From Octopus vulgaris (Eukaryota), in the NCBI GenBank assembly GCA_951406725.2, contig OX597828.1, positions 7,750,001-7,814,000 of the forward strand: a DNA stretch of 64,000 nt, given 5' to 3'. The position numbers and the translations under genes are program-made. Shown one piece after another: positions 52,942 to 64,000 of the stretch. The stretch's first letter is position 1. Every line of letters begins with the position of its first letter. The notes under the pieces are model-generated. The model saw nothing but the letters and a program-made list of their open reading frames with translations. It was not told where the DNA came from and did no database searches.

Positions 52942-53634
52942 GGATCTTAAAGTTAGGTGATTTGCAGTGGAATTAATTTAGTTTCAACCAGAATCCCGGA
53001 AAATCTTAGAGAAACCAAGAAAAAAACTTATTCTACAAAATTTTCACGCTTTGTATTAATGAATCTCAATAAAACAATAGTACGGTTGTTAAATTTTGTA
53101 AACGGATCTCAGTGGTTTGAACCCCTGTCTCCAATTTTGTTCCTGTTGTTTTCAAATTTCGTATATGGAATAAGTTTCGTATACTAATTATGAAAATGAA
53201 AATCTTACAAATTTATAATTAGAAAGTTATTAGCCTATAAAGTTTGCAAGATTTAGGTATTTTAGCCAATCAGAGGCGAGAATTTTACACAAAGCAACGA
53301 ACTCTGATTCCATAGTAACCAAGGAGTATAACAACCATGTGTTCCATAACTGTTTGCAAACAACTTTGTTTCCATAGTAACCAAAGATGCCGCACATGTG
53401 GACAAGGAGTGTAACCACCACGTGTCCCATAACTGCTTGTATTCATATCAGTAAGAACTAGCTAAAAGTTTTTAAAAATTCTCAATCTTTGAACACGTGT
53501 AATATTTTCGGAAAATTTTTCTGGAATAAATGAGTAACGAATTCGGATTCAATGTCATAAATTAGCTTCTATATGCTACATTTAAAAATTGTTATAAAGA
53601 TTTTGTCATGCAGTGGCTCAAACCGCAAAGATCC
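52942..53634. mobile_element. Possible MITE with ggatctt...aagatcc termini
   Basis: Termini resemble the 3646 family; internal ttttagccaatcag motif; no TSD found. Confidence 0.4.
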
Positions 53635-54593
53635 TTTTTAACTCTAGGTAAAATATAATGAACCATACCTGTTATATAGGCGTTCCGTCTTTGAACATCC
53701 TGTCTTTTTGTATATCAAAAACAACATTTTCCAGTTTCTCTCTTATTCTTAACAACAGTTAAATGTGATTAAAAATATTTGGCAATTATTTCTAGCAAAC
53801 ATATAGGCCTCACAGATCCAGAGCTAAGTTTTCGCGCTGAGAAAAGTCAGTTCCAAGAAAGTTATGAATTCTGTCAGAAAAACTATTTCACTTCACTTAA
53901 GTCTCTATATACGCGTTCGAGGTAAAGAATAAATGCTATCATATCCCATATCACCTCACACTGTCATAAAGCAAAGTATTCGTCCATATTAGACAAAGAC
54001 AATTTTATCAATAAAGATAAATTGCCTCGTAACTGACGAGCCGAATGTGAGTAAAGCACGCACTACACGGTCAGTTGTGTTCATGAACAAAGCAGATAAC
54101 ACTATTTGACTCGCAAAAATGTTTAAGAAATCATAAATTTTCATATATATATAAAAGATTCACAAGATGTATAGAATATATTCATTTCATTAACCATTCC
54201 ATATATTGTACGCATTATAGCAACGCACACATATATGCACATAGATGTGAAGACATATGTAAGTATACATACGTACATACATATATACATACAAATATAT
54301 GCATACACACACATACACACATACACACTTATATATGTATGTGCGCAAATATGTATGAATGTATGCATACAGTCTTGATAAACATATTCTAAATATATTT
54401 CAGAGCTTATTTGAATATAAAGATATTTAATGAAATCTGTCTGGATAAATTTATTGCCATGATATTTCTTAATCACTGAATATCTACGTGTATGTTTAAG
54501 TATGTGCGCGCGTGTGTTTCCTTGAATATGTACGCATTATAGACATATATGCGTGTATGTGCGTGTGTGTGTGCACGTATATATCTATATCTA

Positions 54594-54629
<36 letters not shown>

Positions 54630-55669
54630 TGTATGTATGTATGTTTGTATGTATGTATGTATGTATGTATGTATGTATGCATGTATGTATGTATGTATAT
54701 AGATAGGCGTGCATAAATGCATACATATAAATTCGTAGATTAGTCATTCAAATTATCATTTCAACAAAAGTTATCACCAAGGTATATTTATTGATGCAGA
54801 ATTGCTTATAAATTTAAAACTTTTCAATTGTTTCTTTCTTTTTTTCCCTTATTATTTTTATCTCCTCCGCGAATTTACACCTTTAATATCTTGCTGTAGA
54901 ATAGTTGTATTAATTTTGTCGTTGAATTTATATATTTTTTTCTCTTAGCACCTGGCAAAGTCGTTTAATGTTTTGTCGTAAAAACGGTTAAGATAAGCCA
55001 TCCACGTAGCATAGCGACCGATTGTCTGCTTTTGCCAGGGTTTATGGTCAAACATTTTATTGTCTACATATAAAATTCAGTAAAGTGATAACTTCCTGAC
55101 ATGTGACAAAAATAAATAAACAAATAAATAAAAGAGAAGAAAAGAAAAAGAAGAAAAAAGTAAGAAAGCAACATCAAGAACTAGCAAACAAAAGACATCT
55201 AACTTCTGTTCATATTTATTGCTTTCCCTTAATCTTGCCCATTGCTTTCTTGATGTGTTTTGTCGAATGGAAACGTAAAAAAGAAGTGGAGACGGCTTAT
55301 CTAATATAACACAAAAATAGTGTTATTCAAACTGGAGAGGACAACACGAATGCTGGTGATATTCGCAGTGTCAAGGATGAAAGTAAAATGTACTGGAGTA
55401 CAAGGAGAGTTTATTGAGTGCGTTTAACTTTAGAAAGAGGATAAATTAATTTATGTTTGATATATGTATGTACAGTCAACATGCATAGACTAATACACGT
55501 ATGCACTTATACAATAATAATGATTATAGAAACGAAAACTTGAGAATAATAAAAAATACTTTTTCATGTAAAACATATAACGAAGTGTGAAAGGAAAATA
55601 ACAAAAACAAAAGTAAATACTTTTTAGTGTGATAATGTAATGAGGGTCCACATAGTCACCGGATGCTGA

Positions 55670-57510
55670 TTGGATGAATGCCATATTGGGCTAAAATTTC
55701 TAAAGAGCATGATGCAAACCTCAAGTCCTACTTCGACATCTTCGTGGTACCACCTGGTTCTAAACCGACTGCGGGTGTCTGGTGCAGTATAACCAGGCTG
55801 CTAAGAGCAGATGAGGCTCGTTAGCCATGATCGGAAGCCTGTCTAGAAGAAAGACACTACAATATAAAACCTACGACCCTAACACCTTTCTGTCATCGTC
55901 CCTGCTTGCTGGACCACGGCAGATGAACTGCGAGTGGGGCCAATTCAGCGCAGACTGCACTTCACCTTAAAACTCCATTGCGCAGGTCGAAGGATCTTTC
56001 CACGTCCACGACTATGATCACAACTCTCCAAGCCCTGTAACGATGAGAAGGGGACGAAAATCGCAGGTGGAAGATGTCACTGGAAGCCGTAGCTCCCAAC
56101 TTGCGTGCAGACCGTTCGGGACATTGGTCGCCTAGTGTTGACTCGGAGACGGCAGCATCCCGAATGACCAAGCAGCCTTATCTAGGGAGAGTACTACTTA
56201 CTCCACATGGAAGGGGGGGCTAGAAAAGGTGGCCTGAAGAAAGCTCGTCTCCTACACACTCAGTTGGCATCGGGTATCTTCTTCAAGTGGTCGAATGCGC
56301 ACAGATACAAGAAGTAATGACGCCAATCACCTTTCAAATGTTGCCAAATATCTGAAGATCGCATGCTGGAACGTCAGAATCATTCTTGACTCAAGCGACA
56401 GAGGTTGCCCTGAACGCCGATCCAATCTCGTTGCACATGAACTAACCAGGTTAGAAATTGATATCGCAGCCCTTAGTGAAGTCCGGCTCCCAGAAGAAGG
56501 CAGCTTAAAAGAACATGGTACCGGTTACTCCCTATATTGGTCAGGCAAACCCCCATCAGAAAGACGCCGTTCAGTTGTCGGTTTTATGAGAAGAAATTCC
56601 ATCGCTCCAATGCCGAAAGCCCTAACAGCAGGTCATTCTGACTGCATCATTTCCATGCGCCTCCCTCTGGCATGTCACGCTCTTCAGTGTTTACACTCTG
56701 ACCCTCCAAGTAGACTCAGCAGATAAGGACAAGTTCTACTCAGACCTGTGCAGACTCCTCTCGGGAGATCGCTGTCGATGATAAAGTCATAATCCTAGGA
56801 TATTTCAACGCCAGAGTGGGCCGGGATTTAGAAACTTGGAAAGGAGTTCTAGGAAAGCAGGGGTTGAGAACTGCAACGACAACGGGCAACTCTTTCTTGA
56901 GTTTTGCACTGAACATCAGCTCGTCATCACCAATATCATCCCCTGGATGCATCAAAACACTGGTACCTCCTTGACTACGTTCTAGTGCACCAACGAGACC
57001 AGTCTGACGTCAAGCACAGCACAGAATGCCATACTGACCATCACCTGGTCCGTTGCAAACTCAAACCCCACTTCAAGCCCCAGCCAACTAAAAAGACAGG
57101 CCGGCCAACAACAAGAAAATCAAAACTAGCGATCGCAAGAGAAACGAAGTGAAAGTAAACTTCCAGGCACGACTACAGACAAAGCTTGATAAATCCAATC
57201 ACTCTCAGATCCCTCTCCAGAAATCCTATGGGAACCACTGAAAACAGACCTCTGCAGAAATCCTTGGGTTTACGAAGAAAAAGAACAAGGGTTTGTTTGA
57301 GGAAAACAATGTGCTGATCCAAGAATTATGAAAGAAAAAGAGGTCTGTCTATCAAGCACACATGGCACAATCTGTGAGGCACAGAATGAGTGGTGGTCCA
57401 ACCTCGCACGGAGAACCCAGCAGGGCACTGACTCTGGCGACTAAAGGGGTTCTATGAAACTCTCAAAGCAGTCTTCGGCTCAGCACATCAAGTCCGGAGT
57501 TCATTGGGTT
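55670..57510 (+). mobile_element. RTE (BovB-like) LINE: 5' UTR and APE endonuclease, 3'-truncated
   Basis: LKIACWNVR, PERRSNLVAHEL..DIAALSEVR, YSLYWSG, then frameshifted KDKFYSDL, IILGYFNARVG, NDNGQLFLEFC, LLDYVLV, TDHHLV; no RT domain follows. Confidence 0.9.
56295..57100 (+). pseudogene. APE endonuclease pseudogene of the RTE element
   Basis: ORF 56295..56726 plus frameshifted continuation; GDFNA changed to GYFNA. Confidence 0.85.
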
Positions 57511-57629
57511 CAACTCACATGGGCACCCTTTTAAATTTTTCGCGTTCAAAGTGTTTTTTGGTTCAGTATTTACACGATATTATTTAGAGCCTTAACTACA
57601 GTGAGTTTCATCGTTTCAGATGAGAAATG

Positions 57630-58210
57630 CATTCACGAACACACGCGCACGTGTACACAAACATGTGGAGACACACACATACACACGCACACACATATAC
57701 AAACACAAACACACACACACATATACAAACACACACACACCACACACGCACACATATACAAACACACTCACACACTACACGCACATATGTACAAACATAC
57801 ACACACAGGCACACGCAAACACACACGCAAACTCTCTCAACATATCTATGCATACATACTCATATATGTAGACCTAATTTTGTTGCTCGTTGCATTTTCT
57901 CACACTTCTGTCGTTCTCTAACTTTATCTCTCTCTCACACACACAACACGCACAAAATACAGAAACACACACGCACACACACACGCACACACAAACGCAC
58001 ACACACATTTACACGCGCACGCACGAACAGAAAGTCCTTCAACGCATGTGTGCGCACATTCTCATATTTAAAGGTAATTCTATTGCTTGTTGCATTTTAT
58101 CACCTTCCTGTTTCTCTCTCGTACACACATATACACTCACACATGCACACACACACATAAAATTGCGCACACATACACACGCAGACGCATACACATACAC
58201 ACTCACACAC
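57630..58210. repeat. Degenerate (CA)n-rich tract with repeated spacer
   Basis: ctcatat...taatt.t.ttgct.gttgcatttt.tcac recurs at ~57860 and ~58061. Confidence 0.75.
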
Positions 58211-59899
58211 TGCTTTACTGTCATCCGCTTTTTCCCCGTTTCTCTTGAATAGACGTAAAACATTCCTGTTGAGTGGATAAAAACCATGCGCAACTATGCG
58301 AATTATTCTTTGGCTCTTTATGTAAGTGGAGACTTGAAGTTTAACCACAGGGGCCTATCTACACATCGAGGTTAAATGTATGATTATTGAATATACGCAT
58401 GTTAATCCGTTTCATCGCTTCTACCCACACGCTTCCTCGATACATTTGTAATACATAAATGCATGCCTATATGCGAACATACCGTCTTATGTTACAGCTT
58501 ACATACACTCATACATTTAAATATAATCACATTTGAGGATTTAGCGAAGAAACTTCGATTATATTTGCAGAGTTTGTATTGTGGTGGAGCGAAACTGAAC
58601 TGTGTAGGAGCTAAAGTCAGTCATCTATTAATGATAAGATATACCAAGAGCTACAATAACAGTAGCAACAACAACAACAACAACGACAACAGCAACGGTA
58701 GCATCATTCTCTCTCCGCCCCAACTTGAATCATACTTACAGCACCTGTGTTCAGTCATAAGCAATTGTCTTGAAAGCCTATTGTTTATTCTGGTGTCGTT
58801 AACAAGAAGCTCATTCAAAATTAGATGCAATCAACTTCATTATACTTTGAGAAATATTGAGGAAACATAAACAGAGACCACCGACCGTTACCTTACCAGA
58901 AGATTAACAACTACTCTATGACATTTCATGATGTCTTTCTAATCCTGAATGATAATCCGATTCCTTATGTCATATGTGCTTATTTGAGAAGTAATTCTTA
59001 TTTTCATATCACATTAATACTTTGCATAAACAAAGCATACGTAACGATATCTATTAGAATATCATGTTATTTTGTCATCAATCAATATGATTCAATCATC
59101 AAATAACGAAAACATGAGATAAATAGCTTTTCATCAACTCACAGAGATGAAAGAAAGAGAGAGAGAGAGAGAGAGAGAGTCATACACACAGAGATACAGA
59201 CAGACACACTCACACACACAAACAAACAAACACCCACACATATATACTTATGAAAGCTATTTCTAAAAAAAAGCTTATCGGGTAATCAAACTCGAAGCAT
59301 TTACGTAGAAGTTGTAAACCGACCATTTATACAACTACGTAAAGCTCCCACTCGTGGACTCCATAGCAACGCACCAAACTAGTTCCTTCCACCATTGGCA
59401 GCCACTGATTCACTTTATGAATATATACAAATAACGTTTCTTTGATATCCCTTTTTAAGCCTGAGAATTCATGAAACTAGGAATCGTAATGGGTTAATGG
59501 GTTACAAGCAACCTTTAGCTTATGATAACTAAAATTACAGAGTACACTGTAAACATGTTTTGACTTCTCTTTTTCTAAGCGATGCTTTAAAAGAAGCATG
59601 TGTATGTGTGTATGCATGTGCCTACACGTGTGCATGTGTGTCTGTGTATGTGCTAGTTTGTATCTGTGCCTGGGTACGTATATACACGTTCATAGTGTAC
59701 TCAAAATTCCACCGCTATGGCCACCTGACAAATATTCTAGCTGAACGTTTCTTTTGACTAAATTGTTTTCTAAGCTATTTTCTTAGAATTCTGCGATACT
59801 TTTGTTCTGTTTTTTTTTTTTTTGTAGCATTTTGTTTTTACTGGAACATCTTCGAAATTAACAGCTGTATTTCTACATCGTTACACCCATTCGTAATAA

Positions 59900-60180
59900 C
59901 ACACACACACATATATACATACAAACATATTTACAAACACACACACACAAACACACACACACACGTATATATACACATACATACATACACTCTCACACAC
60001 ACACCTATATATACATATACACACACATAAATAGATAGATATATTTGCTTACATGTTACATAAACATTCATACATAGACATACATACGTACATACATACA
60101 TACATACATACATACACACATATATACATACATAAATACATACATACATACATACTTACATACATATATACATACATACA

Positions 60181-60214
<34 letters not shown>

Positions 60215-60250
60215 CATACATAAATACATACATAAATACATACATACATA
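59900..60250. repeat. (CA)n/(TACA)n microsatellite
   Basis: Direct reading. Confidence 0.9.
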
Positions 60251-63200
60251 TCTATGGATTCATACGTAGTGACAGAAAGACACGCAAAACATACGTGCGT
60301 AAAAAAAGGAAAATACCCAAAACTAATGAATTTCTGATGAAAAGGATTGCTCCCAACGCTCTTTAGCCATCACCATCACCCTCGCATCATATGTACGAAA
60401 TGTAAACAAAAGACAGAAACAGGAGAGGGGAGGATTAGAAAAAAGATTTAGTTTAAGGATTGATGAATCATCTGTGTAAGAATATTTCCCAAAACTCTTA
60501 GAAATAAAAGTAACTATTTCCTTCTTGCCATGATGTTTTAAAAGTAGTGTTCACTCATCAAAATAATCAGTTAACATTTCCTTGATGTTTGCTTCTCTTT
60601 GGTCTTTTATTTCCAGGCAGTTAAATACCAAGCTCTGTAATGGAATACCGCTATGGTAAAGAAATTTTGGAAGCTTTTGGCTCGTTCGCTATTATAATTT
60701 CCCCACTTATAGTTTCTGTCTGTTTTGTATCTTTGCCACCCTCTCATGTTCGACTACCATTTCACTGCCTCTCACTTAGAACCAGTTTCCGGTTTTTTCT
60801 CTCTTCAACCCACTCTCTCCATTCTTTCTCCATCTATTTATTCTCTTTTTCCTTCGCTCTCTTTATTATTCTGTCAGCGTTATTTTACTGAATCTCAATT
60901 ATTCTATTTCTTCATATATTTCTTTCTCATCTCGTTTCTTTTTGCGACGTGTCTGTTTCAAGAATGACTTTCTCATCTATCTCTCTCTCTCTTTATATAT
61001 ATATATATATATATATATTTCTAGCAAATGGAAACCTGAAAAATGAATAAAATAGAATAGAAAGTAAAATGAAATCTCTTTTAGCATCGCCATCGTGGAT
61101 CCTGTTTTGAAGTGTATCTTCCTCATAGAGCAAAAACCTGACGCTATCTCAATAACAGAACTGAAGAAGAAAGCCATGATAATCGGCAGCCTGTTCTCCC
61201 AATAGCTTTTAATTACTGGATTAACCGTCGTTTTTGATGATCATCATTTAGTTGTATGGCACATTAAATTTCTATACGTGAAATTACCGTATAATCGACC
61301 GAGTATCAGTTTAACTGACAGATGTATCCGTATCGCAAGCCTGAGGCCCAATTAGTGCGTCACGTTGTGATAAACCTAGATTTTAAAATTAGAAGTAGAG
61401 TCTAGAGAGAAGAGAAGGTGCATTGAATGCAGCACTCGAGTGGTTCTTTATTTATCAATTCCGAAAGTAGAGAAGGCTAAATTGTCCTAAATGGAATTTA
61501 AAGTCAGAGTGCAACGTGTAAAAATGAATATCATTTCATTGACACTGTTTATTTCCCGTTTAATTCAGTTTTCTTTCCCTAAAAATACAAAGAAAATATT
61601 GTTCAGTAACGCAACACAGAGGAAATAAAATACTAGCAATGCAAACAGTTATTAAATATCAACCAGCCAAAATATCATACGACCCCACTTAATATAGTAC
61701 CCTCACCCAAAAATACATCAGGGACTCGATGTTCATCGGTGGCTTCCCTTTTAGTCGTTGCTGCGGTGTTGAACTTGAAACGTCAGTTAAGTCTTGTTGT
61801 TACTACGATAAACTTAACAGCACTACATTGCGTTTGACCTAGAGAGAAACATTATTCAGTAATCTTTTTTCTTTGAGATCAATCTGTGTCATGGAAGGAT
61901 GTAAGCACGATACCAGAAGGGAATTTTCTTGCCATGGACTGTCTACGAATCTAGTAAAGAAATTCAGAAATATCGGCACAGTAAGAGACGGACACTCAAG
62001 TATGTCTTGATGACAGTGTTGAAAAAGTCAGTGAAATGGTTAAGAGAGAGATGGCTGTTGATGAAGACGCAAATAATATGCAAATTTTGCATAGTTCTGC
62101 CAACGAGGGCATTCAAATCAGTTTTACTAAAGATCAGTGAAATAACAATAATTGTTCAAATCTACAGTAGGCTGACAAGAAGATCTTGTCACGTGATGCG
62201 CGCGTTACCAATTGTCACTTTATAAAGAAATACACACTCTCACAGGTCTGTATAAATGTTTGCATCACTGTATGAATGAATATACGAAGGAGTGAAACAA
62301 TAATGTAAAAATTCAAGAAAGGTAACGAACTCTAGTCAAAGGATTCAGAGTAGACCACAAGTTTATTTTAAGAAGTAATTACATTGGCTGTGACCAAGTT
62401 AGTCACACGTTTTACTGATTTTTAAGTATTCAATTTGATCAAAGATAGGATTTTGTATTTATACAGAAGGTTAGTTTCGAATACCATTACATAATGACGT
62501 TAACAATGCAGTTATTTTGCTGTATTTTAGGATGTTATCGTATTAGGTTATCATGCTCTTGTTTTACTTTTTGATACATAAGTTAACAAGTAATATAATT
62601 TTGTTTCTTATTCACCTTAACTAAACAAGCATTTTTGAATGTTAACTTTCTTAATTAAGACTTAAGATATTATGAAGAAAATTTATCAACTTAATTTTAG
62701 CAGATCGAGAGACCACTGGCGCATTCCTCATAGACTCAAGGTAATCTCGGTTGCGATTGTTTAGCCTCAACACAACCACCATCGAATAGACGAATAATTG
62801 TTGGTATCCTGTTTTCTATGTTTGTTTTATAAGCTGTGAGATGTTACTTGAGGCAATGTTAGAAGCAATTTTTACCAGTTCAAGCAACCATGCCGACGAT
62901 CCCTTGTTGAATATGGACGCCAACGTTATATGCTGGCGTCTACCTACGCGTAGGCTGATGCCAATGTTTGACTGTTGCAGCTGAGAGAACTGTGCAGTGG
63001 TTATTGCTGCGACTTGAGTTATGCTCAACTCGCCTCGTGTATGACGTTTATAAATATGATTTTAGATTTTAAATTGTTCATAAGCCACCTACATTATTTG
63101 TACTCTACACTTCTACTGTTTTGAAACAGCACATGCTTTCAAAGTTTTTTCTTATAGGTTGACGAGGCGCAGTAAGATTCACTGACGAGAATTGAGATGC

Positions 63201-63279
63201 TATGCCTCAGAATTCGAAGTCACGTGATGTGGGTATATCTGCTACTTCAATAGGAGGCCTTGTAGTATATCTGCTACTT

Positions 63280-63406
63280 CAATAGGGAGGTCTGTCTCAA
63301 TTGTCAACTTACTAAGATAGTAGTTTTTTGTGGCTAATGAGTTGTTTTGATTCTTATTTCTAGCAATGGTGGTACTACTCTGTACCCTTGTCACTTTAGT
63401 GACGTT
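63280..63406 (-). mobile_element. Unclassified short repeat, inverted copy of 32425-32552
   Basis: gtcactttagtgacgt hairpin and adjoining sequence; abuts (TA)n. Confidence 0.7.
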
Positions 63407-63440
63407 TATATATATACAAACATGCATATGCACATATATA

Positions 63441-63484
<44 letters not shown>

Positions 63485-63570
63485 CTTGTCACTTTAGTGA
63501 CGTTTATCTCTTATTATAATATATATATAAAAACATGCATATGCATATATATATATATAAGATATAATAT

Positions 63571-63625
<55 letters not shown>

Positions 63626-63629
<4 letters not shown>

Positions 63630-64000
63630 AACGAAAGTTATAGAACAAACAAATGCAAGGTTATCCACATAACATTTCATAACTCGAACATTTAATCATA
63701 GAAAATACATTTAGACATCACGGAAGATGGAATATAATTCATCTGTACAAGCATATAAGAAAGTACGAGAAAAAATGTGTGAATATATTTTTCTTAATCG
63801 CTAAATATTAACTTTTATCCGTGATGAACTGTATTCACATATATTCACACATTTTTCTCGTACTTTCTTATATGCTTGTACAGATGAATTATATTCCATC
63901 TTCCGTGATGTCTAAATGTATTTTCTATGATTAAATGTTTGAGTTATGAAATGTTATGTGGATGACCTTGCGTTTGTTTGTTCTATAACTTTAGTTTGAT
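63626..64000. repeat. Long foldback palindrome adjacent to (TA)n
   Basis: Arms 63626-63786 and 63841-64000, with about 4 substitutions and 1 indel by eye; 54-bp spacer. Confidence 0.92.

Noticed and set aside
54030-54077. CTGACGA-gccg...cggt hairpin
   Set aside because: No GAAA or cleavage triplet follows

Overview
AT-rich, microsatellite-saturated eukaryotic non-coding DNA. It is most likely a coleoid cephalopod (Octopus-type) genome, inferred from the SINE families and microsatellite load. No intact protein-coding gene or convincing host exon was found, and almost all listed ORFs are simple-repeat or SINE artefacts. Supported features: one intact tRNA-Leu(AAG); many copies of about four modular tRNA-derived SINE families, several with TSDs; a non-autonomous Helitron; Merlin-like and hAT-like MITEs; and decayed retroelement fragments (R4/Dong, HERO-like, RTE, CR1/L2, Penelope-like RT and GIY-YIG). 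The most interesting signal is a set of short, ORF-less elements, mostly next to (TA)n tracts, that carry type I hammerhead ribozyme motifs. These are one canonical copy (41207-41281) inside a ~467-bp partial-tandem/inverted retrozyme-like unit, a second with a large branched stem II (31943-32072), an inverted pair forming a foldback (10022-10219), and several variant or decayed cores. Long foldback palindromes also occur. All structures were read by eye; no folding or database search was run.
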